A stretch of 64,000 nucleotides of DNA from Gemmatimonadaceae bacterium (GTDB lineage Bacteria > Gemmatimonadota > Gemmatimonadetes > Gemmatimonadales > Gemmatimonadaceae): assembly GCA_033763905.1 (NCBI GenBank), contig JANRJP010000009.1:1-64000 (forward strand). Direction: 5' to 3'. The position numbers and the translations under genes were made by a program. Below the pieces are notes generated by a model. The model saw only the letters and a program-made list of their open reading frames with translations. It was not told the DNA's origin and did not search any database. Positions 30,079-40,177 of the stretch are shown in pieces. The number at the start of each line of letters is the position of its first letter. The first letter of the stretch is position 1.

Positions 30079-30684
30079 ATGGCGACTGCCCTGATGCCGA
30101 CGACCCCGACGATGCCGTTGCGCCCTGCGGCCGAACGGCGCGAGCAGTTCGAGCGCGAAGCGATGCTGCACCTGGACGCGATGTATTCCTTCGCGCTCAA
30201 GCTCACGCGTGCGCGCGACGACGCCGAGGATCTCGTGTCGGACACGATCCTGCGCGCGTTCGAGCGCTGGGAGCAGTACCGGCTCGGCACGAACATCCGC
30301 GCCTGGCTCTTCACGATCCTCTACCACGTGTTCGTCTCGCGGAAGCGTCGCATCGACGCGCGCGAGGTGCAGCCGATCGAGCAGGAAGACGGCTGGACGG
30401 GCTACGAAGCGGTCGGCGAGATCGACCCTGAAGGCCGGTTCTACGATTCGTTCCTCGACGAGTCGATCACGGCGGCGATCGAGAAGCTGCCCGACGAGTA
30501 TCGGGCGGCCGTGGTGCTCAGCGACCTGCATCAGCTGCGCTACGCGGAGATCGCGCACATTCTGGGCGTGCCGGAAGGCACCGTGAAGTCGCGTCTGTTC
30601 CGTGGGCGGCGGATCCTCCAGAAGAAGCTCGCGAACTACGCGATCGAGATGGGCTACATCAAGGCGTTGCCGCAGGCCTCCTGA
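30079..30684 (+). CDS. ECF RNA polymerase sigma factor
   Basis: DAEDLVSDT, GTNIRAWLFTI (region 2) and YAEIAHILGVPEGTVKSRLFRGR (region 4). AGGA Shine-Dalgarno-like sequence before ATG 30079. Confidence 0.93.
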   Translation: MATALMPTTPTMPLRPAAERREQFEREAMLHLDAMYSFALKLTRARDDAEDLVSDTILRAFERWEQYRLGTNIRAWLFTILYHVFVSRKRRIDAREVQPIEQEDGWTGYEAVGEIDPEGRFYDSFLDESITAAIEKLPDEYRAAVVLSDLHQLRYAEIAHILGVPEGTVKSRLFRGRRILQKKLANYAIEMGYIKALPQAS

Positions 30685-30691
30685 GCCGCGA

Positions 30692-30725
30692 GCGTCCGGC
30701 GCGACGTCATCGACGCGCCGGACGC
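30692..30725. terminator. 12-bp hairpin between convergent sigma and CGNR genes
   Basis: GCGTCCGGCGCG-N10-CGCGCCGGACGC. Confidence 0.6.
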
Positions 30726-30726
30726 C

Positions 30727-31362
30727 TTAGCGGTCGCGCCGGAACCGGCGCTGCTTCTCCCGATTGCCGCATCCACGCATCGCGCACCAGCGCCGTGCGT
30801 GGTTTTTCGTTTCGTCGAGAAACAGGCGCTCGCACCCCGCAGCGGCGCAGCGTTTCACGAACGCGAGATCGTCCTCGGCCAGTGCGTCGGCGGCTGATTC
30901 GACGATCGGCAGCAGCAGTGCGGCGAAGGCATCACCGACCGGCACGAAGGTGCGCGTCACCGCGCCGTTGGCCGTGCGCTCGAGCCGACGGGTGCCCGAC
31001 GATCGGGCGAGCACGCGATTGAGCTCATCGAGTGCGGCGTCGCGTCCACGTGGCGATGTCGGGTCGGCCATTGCGCGCAGCGCGGCGCGCATCCGTCGGG
31101 CATCGACCAGCGCCGCCGTGGCGCCAGCCGGCTGCTGTTCCGCGCGGCGCGCCAACACGGCGGCGCGCTCCGGCTCGAGCACGCCCGCGGTCGCGAGCCA
31201 GTCCAGCCAGCGGGCGAAGTCCACCAAGACGTCGTCCCGGACGCCGTGCGAGGCGGCATCGGTGTTCACGAAATCGAGCCAGAGCCGCCGGCCGACGAAG
31301 GTGAATGCCTCGGCGGCCGACACCGGAGCGGGCTCGACGGACGAGGAGTGGGCGCGCGGCAT
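30727..31362 (-). CDS. ABATE/CGNR zinc-finger protein
   Basis: LDFVNT near the N-terminus; CxxxxC...RRWCAMRGCGNREK at the C-terminus. Confidence 0.92.
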   Translation of the reverse strand: MPRAHSSSVEPAPVSAAEAFTFVGRRLWLDFVNTDAASHGVRDDVLVDFARWLDWLATAGVLEPERAAVLARRAEQQPAGATAALVDARRMRAALRAMADPTSPRGRDAALDELNRVLARSSGTRRLERTANGAVTRTFVPVGDAFAALLLPIVESAADALAEDDLAFVKRCAAAGCERLFLDETKNHARRWCAMRGCGNREKQRRFRRDR

Positions 31363-31421
31363 CGTGTGCGAGAGTATACTCCCGCCCGATCTGCCCTGCT
31401 CCCGTCACTGGTCGACCAGCC

Positions 31422-31976
31422 GTGCCACCAGCCGTCTCGCGTGTTGTCGTCGGTTCACTCAATCCCGTGAAGATCGCGGCGGTGCGCGCCATCGTGCAGC
31501 GGCACTGGCCCGATGCCGATGTGCAGGGCATTTCGGTGCCGAGTGGGGTCCCGGATCAACCGTGGGGCGACGACGAGACCATTCGCGGTGCGGGCAACCG
31601 CGCCCGCGCGGCGCTACGCGAGACGGGGGCGTCGCTGGCGGTGGGGCTCGAAGGCGGCTGTGTGCGGAGCGAGGATGGGTCGACGAGAACCTGCGCGTGG
31701 GCGGTCGCCGTCGACGCGACCGGGCGCGAGAGCGTCGGCGGTTCCCTCTCGATGCCGCTCCCCGCGGCGGTGACGGCGGCGCTGAATGCCGGCGCGGAAC
31801 TGGGCCACGCGATCGACGCCGTGGCGGGCACGGTGAACGTCAAGCACGGGCAGGGGGCGGTGGGGATTCTCACCGCCGGTCTCGTGGATCGCCAAGGGGC
31901 GTACGAAGTGCTGGTGGCGTACGCCCTGAGTCCCTGGCTGGCGCCCGAGTTCTGGGCCGATCACTCCGGTCGGTAG
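31422..31976 (+). CDS. yjjX: Inosine/xanthosine triphosphatase (YjjX/DUF84)
   Basis: GSLNPVK, SGVPDQP, ETIRGAGNRA, GLEGG and GAVGILT motifs. Start approximate. Confidence 0.88.
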   Translation: MPPAVSRVVVGSLNPVKIAAVRAIVQRHWPDADVQGISVPSGVPDQPWGDDETIRGAGNRARAALRETGASLAVGLEGGCVRSEDGSTRTCAWAVAVDATGRESVGGSLSMPLPAAVTAALNAGAELGHAIDAVAGTVNVKHGQGAVGILTAGLVDRQGAYEVLVAYALSPWLAPEFWADHSGR

Positions 31977-32920
31977 AGGAGCACCGGCTTCGTCACGTGG
32001 CGCACGACGTCTTCGGCGACTGAGCCGAGGAGGGCGCGCGAGACGCCACGTCGCGCGTGTGTCGCCATCGCGATGGCATCGACGCGTTCGCGCTGCACGT
32101 ACTCGGCAATCGCGTGCGCGACGATGGTGCCGCGTTCGACCCGCGTGCTCACCGTGTATCCGCGGGCGCGGACCGTCGCCGCGACGCGCTCGAGGTATTC
32201 GCCCGCGACGGTGACCTCGCGCTCGTATTCATCGGGATCGACCATCGCGAGCGGCATCGCGCCCGGCGCCATCGGGATCGGCGTCGGGACCACGACCCGT
32301 ACCAGTTCCAGGCTCGCTGCCGCCGCGCTTCCGAGGCGCAACGCGGGCTCGATCACCGACTCGCTGAGCGACGATCCGTCGAGCAGCACCGCGATCCGCC
32401 GATAAAAGAGCGGGGGGCTCGGCACCGTACCGACGGGCCGAACGACCAAGACCGGGAGGTGGGTCGCGGCAACGACGGCCGTGGTGACACTGCCGAAGAT
32501 GGCGCGCGAGACCCCCGCGCGGCCGTGCGTGGACATCACCACGAGGTCGGCGCCGATGTCCTCGGCGTGCGCACGGAGGACGTCAGCGGGCACGCCGTCG
32601 TCGAGCAGCGCCCAGTGAACGGCGAGGCCCGTGGCCGCTTTGGCTTCGTTCGCCACCAGCTCCAGTGCGTCGGCCTGCGCCAAGCGCGTGTCGGCATCGG
32701 CGCGGTAGTCGAGGACCGGCTCATTGCCTAGCATCGGGACGCCGCTCGGGGCGGTCTCGTGCACCCGCGACAGGTACAGCGCCCCGTCGATCGGCGCGGC
32801 GGCGCCAGCGGCGAAGGGGATCGCGTATGCGCTGGCGGCCGAGCCGTCGAGCGGAACAAGCACCGTGCGGAACGGGGCGATCATCGAGGGGCTCGGAGAA
32901 ACCGTGGGATGGCGGGACAT
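31961..32920 (-). CDS. Universal stress protein (tandem USP domains)
   Basis: VLVPLDGS...MSTHGRAG..FGSV and VLLDGS...MATHARRG..LGSVAE. Confidence 0.92.
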   Translation of the reverse strand: MSRHPTVSPSPSMIAPFRTVLVPLDGSAASAYAIPFAAGAAAPIDGALYLSRVHETAPSGVPMLGNEPVLDYRADADTRLAQADALELVANEAKAATGLAVHWALLDDGVPADVLRAHAEDIGADLVVMSTHGRAGVSRAIFGSVTTAVVAATHLPVLVVRPVGTVPSPPLFYRRIAVLLDGSSLSESVIEPALRLGSAAAASLELVRVVVPTPIPMAPGAMPLAMVDPDEYEREVTVAGEYLERVAATVRARGYTVSTRVERGTIVAHAIAEYVQRERVDAIAMATHARRGVSRALLGSVAEDVVRHVTKPVLLYRPE

Positions 32921-33087
32921 ACGACCACCGGGTGTCGGGATGACGACAACGTGCCCTGATGGACGCTCGCATTCGGTCCCGCGGAATGCCAGTCGGGAGA
33001 GTGCTGGCTTTTGGTGAGGGGCGCGCTGGCAGGCGCGTCGCTTGCCTCCGGTGGCGCGGCGGAAGTGCGATTGGCGATCTTTCGCAC

Positions 33088-33585
33088 GTGACCCCGACGC
33101 CGGGTGCGACGCGCACGCTACCAGAGTTTTCCGAGTTGTTGCGCTCATACGAGAGCGCACCCGCACGTTTGGCCGCCGCTGTGCGCGGGCTGACCGACGC
33201 GCAGTGCGACGCGCCGGGGATCATCGGGCCGCATTCCGTTCGACAGGCCGTGGCCCGCGGCGCGGATGCCGAGCTGCTATTCGCGATGCGTGCGCGGTTC
33301 GTGATGGCCGAGCCGGGTGCCGATCTTCCGGTGGCGGATGCCGATGCGTGGGCCGAGGCGGTCGGTCCGATCGTCGAGCTCGATCATTCCGTCGGCGTCT
33401 TTCGCGCGCTGCGGCAACAGGGCACGGCGCTGTGGCGTGCCGTGCCGGACGGGATGTGGCTCCACAACGGTCGTACGCCCGACGGGGCGGTCCGTTCGTT
33501 GGCGGTGCTGTTCACCGAAGCGGTGTATCAGGGCGAACAGCTGATCGACGCGATTCTGACGGAGCGCCGCCGCCGCGCGTGGTAA
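33088..33585 (+). CDS. DinB/YfiT-like protein (metal-binding His residues apparently degenerate)
   Basis: PARLAAAVRGLTDAQ...SVRQ pattern of DinB_2 proteins. Start uncertain. Confidence 0.6.
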   Translation: MTPTPGATRTLPEFSELLRSYESAPARLAAAVRGLTDAQCDAPGIIGPHSVRQAVARGADAELLFAMRARFVMAEPGADLPVADADAWAEAVGPIVELDHSVGVFRALRQQGTALWRAVPDGMWLHNGRTPDGAVRSLAVLFTEAVYQGEQLIDAILTERRRRAW

Positions 33586-33615
33586 CGCGCTCGGTCCCGC
33601 CGGCGCGGGGACGAG

Positions 33616-34239
33616 TCAGCGCGGCGGGCTGCTGGTCAGCGCGGCCAAGAGCTGCGCGCCGTCGAACGGCTTCGCCAGGAACGCCATCGCACCGAGCGAC
33701 AGCATCCGCTCCGGGGTGACGGCGCCCGAGTAGCCGGACATCACGATCACCGGCACTTTCACGCCGGCGGCGCGAAGCGCGACGAGCAGCTGTTCGCCGG
33801 TCCGGCGTGGCATTGTCTGATCGGTCAGGACGAGATCCCAGCCGGTCGGATTCTCGATCAGTCGTACGAGGGCGTCTTCGCCGTCGGTGGCGCTGTCGAC
33901 GTCGCAGCCCAGCCGGACCAGTCGCTTCGAGACGACGCGGACGACGTCGGGCTCGTCGTCCACAACGAGTACGCGGCGGAACGGCACGGAGGGACGCGAC
34001 GTCGCGCGCGATTGCGCGTCAGCACTCTCGTGGCCGCTGGCGGGCACTGCCGGCGTTGGGGACGACCCGCCGGTTGGCTCCGAGGCGTCCGAACCGTCGG
34101 CCGAACCGCGGATGACGCGGTCGGTCGCTAGAAGCTCGATCGGTTCTCCAGCAGTCCGGAGCGGCAAGTCAGGATCCAAGCAGGCACTCGTGCCCACCGA
34201 GGGGGGGTGGGCGACTCGAGCGTTGAACACGTTAGGCAC
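33616..34239 (-). CDS. Response regulator receiver protein (N-terminal extent uncertain)
   Basis: VLVVDDE, LTDQTMP, MSGY and KPF receiver motifs in the C-terminal ~120 aa. Confidence 0.8.
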   Translation of the reverse strand: MPNVFNARVAHPPSVGTSACLDPDLPLRTAGEPIELLATDRVIRGSADGSDASEPTGGSSPTPAVPASGHESADAQSRATSRPSVPFRRVLVVDDEPDVVRVVSKRLVRLGCDVDSATDGEDALVRLIENPTGWDLVLTDQTMPRRTGEQLLVALRAAGVKVPVIVMSGYSGAVTPERMLSLGAMAFLAKPFDGAQLLAALTSSPPR

Positions 34240-34485
34240 ACAGCACTACCCGCCACGTTGAGCGGTCGATCCGTAAGGCACTGAGGGGGCGTAATCTCTC
34301 CGGCGGATGACGCGCCGTCGAGGGTGATCCACGCTGTTCTTGGGTCCACAGACGAAAGCGCGACCCCCAGCCATTCGAATATTGTGTCCCCCGTCACCAA
34401 ACGCTATGGCCCAACCGCACTATTCGCGCAATTTGTTTACGAACTGTCGAGGTGTTACAAAAGCTGACAGATTAGCACCGGCTGT

Positions 34486-35961
34486 TCAAATCTGAGAGTT
34501 GCTCGGTGGCGTAATCGCGGCCGACGCGATCGGGGTTTGGCGGAGGCCCGGCATATTGCTGATGCGCCGCTGGAGCCGCTGGAGCCCGTCGTAGGCCGCG
34601 TACTTGAAGGACTCGCCTAGGGTCGGGTAGTTGAACACGGACTGGATGAAGAAGTCCAAGGTCCCGCCGAGGAGCATCGCGGTCATCGCAACGTGGATGA
34701 GCTCGGCCGCGCCATCGCCGACGACCGACGCGCCCAGCAGTCGCTGGTCGTCGGGGCTGACGAGGAGCTTCACGAAGCCACCAGTCTCGCCGATGATCCG
34801 CCCGCGCGCGTTGTGGACGAACGACGACCGAGCGACGGCGTAGGGGATCCCCTTGAGCCGCAGTGTCTCCTCGGTCTCGCCCACCATTGCCACTTCGGGG
34901 ATCGTCCAGATGCAGTACGGAAGCACCGGACTCAGGGCCTTCTTGTAGCGCAAATCGAAGGCGTGACACATCGCGACCCGCGCCTGTTCCATCGCGGTGG
35001 AGGCCAAGGCCGGGAAGCCGATGACGTCGCCCGCCGCCCAGATGCGCGGATTGGCCGTCGCGAATCGCTCATCGACGGCCAGGAGTCCGCGGGGGCGACG
35101 TTCAATACCGGCAGCCTCGCAGCCCAGCTCATCGGTGTTCCCTTCGCGTCCCTGAGCGCCGAGCACGCATTCGGACCAGATCTCGCGCCCGTCATTGAGC
35201 GTGGTCACGGCCAGGTCGTTTTCGATGCGGCAGGCTACGACGTCACTCTGGTTGAGGACCGTGATGCCCAGCCGTTCCGTCATCGCCTGGCGCAAGGCGT
35301 CGCTCACCTCGGCGTCGAGCTGTTCCATCAGCCGGCTTCGCTGGTTGACCAGCGTGACCTTGGTGCCGAGCGCGGCGAAGATGCAGGCGTACTCGCAGCC
35401 GATGACCCCGCCGCCAACGACGACCATCCGGCGGGGGATCGCGTCGAGCTGCAGGATGGATTCGCTGTCGACGATGATTCGGTCGTCAAAGGGCAGCACG
35501 GCGGGCCGAGCCGGGCGGGAGCCGGTGGCGATCAGAAACGCGTCCGCCGTGAGCTGTCGGAGGGGCTGGCCGTGCCGTCGGACTTCCAGCAGGTCCGGGG
35601 AGACGAAGGTGGCCGACCCCTGCAGCGTGTAGATGCGGTGCTGCTCCAGGTTCTTCTGGATCCGCTCCCACTCGGCTTCCACGACCACCCGCTCCCGGTG
35701 CATCAGGTCGGCGATCGTGATGTCGGGCTTGATCGACACGTCGACCGCGTAGAGCCCTCGGTGCCGGAGCCCGGACAACGCCAAAGCCGTCTCGCGGAGT
35801 GTCTTGGAGGGGATCGTCCCCGAATTGACGGCGACCCCCCCGGGCTTCGGGGCACGCTCGACGAGGCAGACGCGCTTGCCGAAGTACGCGGCTTGCGCGG
35901 CTCCCTTCTCACCGGCCGGACCCGCGCCGATGACCACGAGATCAAAGCGTTCGACGGTCAT
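34486..35961 (-). CDS. sthA: Soluble pyridine nucleotide transhydrogenase
   Basis: GAGPAGE FAD motif, NSGTIPSKTLRE (no redox Cys pair), GGGVIGCEY and FNYPTL. Confidence 0.93.
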   Translation of the reverse strand: MTVERFDLVVIGAGPAGEKGAAQAAYFGKRVCLVERAPKPGGVAVNSGTIPSKTLRETALALSGLRHRGLYAVDVSIKPDITIADLMHRERVVVEAEWERIQKNLEQHRIYTLQGSATFVSPDLLEVRRHGQPLRQLTADAFLIATGSRPARPAVLPFDDRIIVDSESILQLDAIPRRMVVVGGGVIGCEYACIFAALGTKVTLVNQRSRLMEQLDAEVSDALRQAMTERLGITVLNQSDVVACRIENDLAVTTLNDGREIWSECVLGAQGREGNTDELGCEAAGIERRPRGLLAVDERFATANPRIWAAGDVIGFPALASTAMEQARVAMCHAFDLRYKKALSPVLPYCIWTIPEVAMVGETEETLRLKGIPYAVARSSFVHNARGRIIGETGGFVKLLVSPDDQRLLGASVVGDGAAELIHVAMTAMLLGGTLDFFIQSVFNYPTLGESFKYAAYDGLQRLQRRISNMPGLRQTPIASAAITPPSNSQI

Positions 35962-36037
35962 TCATCAGTAGACGCGGGAGGGCCGGGCCGGGTCACGGGT
36001 CGGAACCGCCTTCCCGGGGTCGCTAGTTTTGTTGCCT

Positions 36038-37255
36038 ATGAGCACCGACACCGGCTTCCAGTACGTTCGCAAGGGATTTGGCCTCAAGGCCGAAGTGCAG
36101 GAAGAGCTTGCGAGCGACTACAACGGCCATCTGGTCGACCTGCTCCGGGCCAACGAATACACCCTGGAGTCGGGCGGCGTCACGATTCGGCTGGCCAAGG
36201 AGTTCGGCTTTTGCTACGGGGTCGAGCGCGCCGTCGATTATGCGTACCAGACGCGGCGGAAGTTCCCGGACAAGCGGGTGTTCCTGGCGGGTGAGATTAT
36301 CCACAACCCCCACGTGAACACGAAGCTCCGCGATATGGGGATCGTGTTCCTCGGGACCCATCCCGAAGGGAAGGGCTTCGACTACACGCCGGTGCTGCAG
36401 GAAGACGTCGTGATTCTGCCCGCCTTCGGGGTCACGATTCACGATTTCGAGACGCTGCGGGCGTTGGGCTGCGTGGTCGTCGATACCACCTGCGGTTCGG
36501 TGCTGAACGTGTGGAAGCGGGTCGAGAGCTACGGCCGCGACGGCTTCACCGCGCTGATTCACGGCAAGTACTACCACGAAGAAACGCGGGCGACCGCGAG
36601 CCAGATCGAGAAGTACGCTGGCGGCAAGTATCTCGTGGTGCGCGATATGACCGAGGCCGAGCTGGTGATGCAGTACATCGAGCACGGCGGAGACAAGGCC
36701 GCGTTCCAGGCGCATTTCGCACGGGGGTCGTCCCCGGGGTTCGACCCCGACTCCGACCTGCAGCGCATCGGAGTCGCGAACCAGACGACGATGCTGGCGC
36801 GCGAGTCGTTGGCGATCGCCGAGGCCGTCGGGGCCGCGGTCGAACGGCGCTACGGCGCCGCGCACCGGGCGTCGCACTTCCGGTCCTTCGACACGATCTG
36901 CTCGGCGACGCAGGATCGGCAGGACGCCGTCAACGAGCTCCTGCGCGAGCCGCTCGACGTGATGCTGGTGATCGGCGGGTACAACTCGTCGAACACGATT
37001 TCACTCGCGGCGCTCTGCAGCGAGAAGGTGCCGACGTACCACATCGAGGACGCGGCCTGCCTGGATGTCGCGAGCGGCGGGATTCGCCATTTGCCCACCG
37101 GATCCAAGATCGAAGTCGCCGCCGATCGCTGGTTGCCGGAAGGGGCCACGATCCGGGTGGGCATCACGGCTGGGGCGAGCACGCCGAACAACAAGATCGG
37201 CGAAGCGGTGGCGCGCGTCCTGGCGACACGCGGTGTCACGGTTCCGATGACCTGA
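36038..37255 (+). CDS. ispH: 4-hydroxy-3-methylbut-2-enyl diphosphate reductase
   Basis: GFCYGVERA, IIHNP, DTTC, HEET, TICSATQDRQ, SSNT and GITAGASTP motifs. Confidence 0.97.
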   Translation: MSTDTGFQYVRKGFGLKAEVQEELASDYNGHLVDLLRANEYTLESGGVTIRLAKEFGFCYGVERAVDYAYQTRRKFPDKRVFLAGEIIHNPHVNTKLRDMGIVFLGTHPEGKGFDYTPVLQEDVVILPAFGVTIHDFETLRALGCVVVDTTCGSVLNVWKRVESYGRDGFTALIHGKYYHEETRATASQIEKYAGGKYLVVRDMTEAELVMQYIEHGGDKAAFQAHFARGSSPGFDPDSDLQRIGVANQTTMLARESLAIAEAVGAAVERRYGAAHRASHFRSFDTICSATQDRQDAVNELLREPLDVMLVIGGYNSSNTISLAALCSEKVPTYHIEDAACLDVASGGIRHLPTGSKIEVAADRWLPEGATIRVGITAGASTPNNKIGEAVARVLATRGVTVPMT

Positions 37256-37361
37256 CTTGCGGGACGCTGGTCCCGTTGCAATGCTGTGGGCACTTGGTCG
37301 GCGATTGTCGACCCGCACGCCCGACGCTGAGCGGCGCACGTAGACCTGAGCTGCTCACCGT

Positions 37362-38579
37362 ATGCGAGTCATTCGGTTGGTGCGCCGGAGCGTGTCCGGC
37401 GCGTTCGTTGTTGCGTGTCTGTCTGCTTCGGCCTCGGCCCAAGCCCCGAAGCCCGTCGCGGCGGTCAAACCGCCGAAGCCGCTCCCGCGTCCCGACCTGC
37501 CGGCGGGGGCCGATCCCAACGACATCCGGGCGTTGCTGGTTTTTGGCAATCAGGCGCTGGCCAAGCGGCCCGATGACGCGCGCCGGGCCTTCTACTGGGC
37601 ATCGCGTCTCGATCCGCTGTCGGGGGCGCCGCTGCAAGGGCAGTACGACGCGTGGCTGCTGTCGGACAAGTGGCAGCGCCGGGCGTGGATGCGGGGCGAC
37701 CGCAACCAGTTCGATCGTGGCCTCGATTCGCTCGAGCAGCTCGCCGCGATGCGCGATCCGTTCACCGCATCGACGCACGTGATGAGTCTCTTCCGGATGT
37801 ACGTGGTGGACGAGAATCCGCGATTGAATGAAGTCGAGCTCGACTTCGCGGTCGATCAGTACTATCGCCAGAGCACCAGTCCGTCGATTCAGGCCTACTA
37901 CGCGGAGTCGGATGGCCGGATGAAGGCGGCCCTCGATGCGTGGGCGCAGGCGGCGAAGGGACTCAAGAGTCCTTGGGGCATTCACGCGACGCGTGGACGA
38001 ATCTTCCGCTCGATCGGGATGCGCGACAGCGCGATCGCCGCGTACCAGACGGCACTTGCGCAGCGCCCCGAAGCGAAGAAGGGCAACAAGCTCGTGATTC
38101 TGTATCAGCCGGTCGCCTTGCTGCACTTCGCACTCGCCCAACTGCACGGCGAGGGGAACGACGTCGCGGCGATGCAGCAGGATCTCGAGAAGGCGCTCGA
38201 AGAAGATGCGTCCTTCTGGCCGGCGCAATTGCGGCTGGCCCTGCTCGCGCAACAGCGCGGCGACACCGCGGCCGCCTTGGCGGGTCTGGAGCTGGCGGCG
38301 GCGACAAGTCCGAGCGAGCCGATGGTTCTGATGCAGCTCGGGTATCTGCAATCGGCCAAGGGGATGATTGCCGAGGCGCTCGCGACCTTCAAGAAGGTCA
38401 CCGAGCTCGAGCCGTACTACGCGCTGCCGCACCTGCTGATGGCGCAGATCTACGACCACTCGGACTTCGCCGAGGAGGCCGTGGCGGCGTACAGCGCCCA
38501 CCTCGCGCTGCTGCCCGCGAATACGTCGTCGCGCGCGGCGATCACGGCGCGGATCGCGGCGCTCAAGGGCGGCCAGTGA
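37362..38579 (+). CDS. Exported TPR-repeat protein
   Basis: Signal peptide (ASA-Q) and multiple TPR-like helical repeats. Confidence 0.8.
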   Translation: MRVIRLVRRSVSGAFVVACLSASASAQAPKPVAAVKPPKPLPRPDLPAGADPNDIRALLVFGNQALAKRPDDARRAFYWASRLDPLSGAPLQGQYDAWLLSDKWQRRAWMRGDRNQFDRGLDSLEQLAAMRDPFTASTHVMSLFRMYVVDENPRLNEVELDFAVDQYYRQSTSPSIQAYYAESDGRMKAALDAWAQAAKGLKSPWGIHATRGRIFRSIGMRDSAIAAYQTALAQRPEAKKGNKLVILYQPVALLHFALAQLHGEGNDVAAMQQDLEKALEEDASFWPAQLRLALLAQQRGDTAAALAGLELAAATSPSEPMVLMQLGYLQSAKGMIAEALATFKKVTELEPYYALPHLLMAQIYDHSDFAEEAVAAYSAHLALLPANTSSRAAITARIAALKGGQ

Positions 38580-40177
38580 GTCAGGTACCGAACGTCGGGG
38601 GCGCCGCGCGCCGCGCGGCAGCGCTGCTGGTCGTGGCCGTCGGCGTGGTCACGCTGGCGCCGCTGGCGCGGGCGCAGTCGGCGTCGGCGCCGGTGCTGCG
38701 GCCACGGACGCTGGCGGAGGATCTGCAGATGTTCGGGCAGGTGCTCAACCAGGTCCGCGTGAACCACGTCGACTCGCTCGATATGCACCGGTTGATGCAG
38801 TCGGCGGTGCAGGGACTGCTTCGGGCGGCGGATCCGCATTCGTACGTGATTACCGCCGAGCGCCTGTCGGAGCAGACGGCCGCGCTGGCCAAGGCGGGGA
38901 AGCTCGTGCCGGTGCCGGTGAGCTTCCGCTACGTCGCGGGCGTGCCGGTCGTCGCGTCGATTGCGGCGGGGGCGCGGGAGGCCGTGGGTGATGTCCGCCC
39001 GGGCGACGTGCTCGTGACGATCGATAGCGCGCCCGTGCGCGCCGACGGCGAACTCGAACTCGAGACCACGCTATCGGGCCCCAAGGGGTCGGTGGTGCGG
39101 CTCGGGCTGGAACGCGAGCGCACCGACGGGACGCGCATCACGCTGGTGCGTCCGGTGCGTCGCCAGGAGCCAAAGCCGGAGACCGCGGTGCCGGTCGCGT
39201 TCCTGCTCGACGCCGAGACCGCGTACGTGCGGATCACCACATTCGTGGCCGAGCGCATTGCGGCCGACCTGGAACAGGGTCTGTCGCGGCTGGAGCGGTC
39301 GGGGATGCAGCGTCTCGTGCTGGACCTGCGCGACAACGGCGGCGGGCGGGTGGACGAGGCGGCGTTGGTGGCCGGGGCATTCCTGCCCGAAGGGACGATC
39401 GTGTACACCGCTGAAGGGCGCCGGAGCGATGTGGCCGACACTGGGCGGGTGCGGCGCGCCTTCTGGAAGAGCGCGCGGCGGGTCCCAATGGCGGTACTGA
39501 TCAACGAGGGGTCCGCCAGCGCGTCGGAGTTGGTCGCTGGGGCGTTGCAGGACCACGACCGGGCCCGCATCGTCGGCCGGCCCTCGTTCGGCAAGGCGCT
39601 CCTGATGCGCGGATTCCCGTTGGTCGATGGCTCGGTGATTGTGCTCGTGGTCGGGCAGCTGCGCACGCCCTGCGGTCGCGTGGTGCAGCGGTCGTATCAG
39701 GGGGTGCGGGCGGCACAGTACTATCGGGCGGCGGGCACGGTCCGCGACACGGCGGGACGGCCGAGCTGCCGGACGACTGGCGGTCGGGTGGTGTACGGGG
39801 GAGGCGGGATCTACCCCGACCTGCTGCTGCCGCCCACTCCGGTGTCGCCCGACTGGCTCACGGCGCTCGACGAGGATGGCGTGATCGCGCAATGGGCGGC
39901 GGCATATGTCGGGGAGCGCGGCAGTCCGGCGCCGAGCGCCGAGGCGCTGGCGACCGCCCCGTTGTCGACGGAGTCCTTGGTCAAGAGCTTGCGCGGCTAC
40001 GCCTCGGCCAAAGGTGTGACACTTCCCGCCGAGGCCGAAACATCCGCCGCGCTCGGGCGTCGGCTCAACGTCGAGCTCGCGTGGCAGAAGTGGGGGGACG
40101 CCGGCGCCTTTCGGGTGGCGGCGCCGGGCGACCGGGAGGTACAGGAAGCGGTCGCGGCGCTGCGAGGGGCACCGTAG
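38576..40177 (+). CDS. S41 family carboxy-terminal processing protease (PDZ domain)
   Basis: DPHS, LDLRDNGGG, SASASELVAGALQDH and SFGKA motifs. GTGA overlap with the TPR gene. Confidence 0.92.
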   Translation: MSQVPNVGGAARRAAALLVVAVGVVTLAPLARAQSASAPVLRPRTLAEDLQMFGQVLNQVRVNHVDSLDMHRLMQSAVQGLLRAADPHSYVITAERLSEQTAALAKAGKLVPVPVSFRYVAGVPVVASIAAGAREAVGDVRPGDVLVTIDSAPVRADGELELETTLSGPKGSVVRLGLERERTDGTRITLVRPVRRQEPKPETAVPVAFLLDAETAYVRITTFVAERIAADLEQGLSRLERSGMQRLVLDLRDNGGGRVDEAALVAGAFLPEGTIVYTAEGRRSDVADTGRVRRAFWKSARRVPMAVLINEGSASASELVAGALQDHDRARIVGRPSFGKALLMRGFPLVDGSVIVLVVGQLRTPCGRVVQRSYQGVRAAQYYRAAGTVRDTAGRPSCRTTGGRVVYGGGGIYPDLLLPPTPVSPDWLTALDEDGVIAQWAAAYVGERGSPAPSAEALATAPLSTESLVKSLRGYASAKGVTLPAEAETSAALGRRLNVELAWQKWGDAGAFRVAAPGDREVQEAVAALRGAP

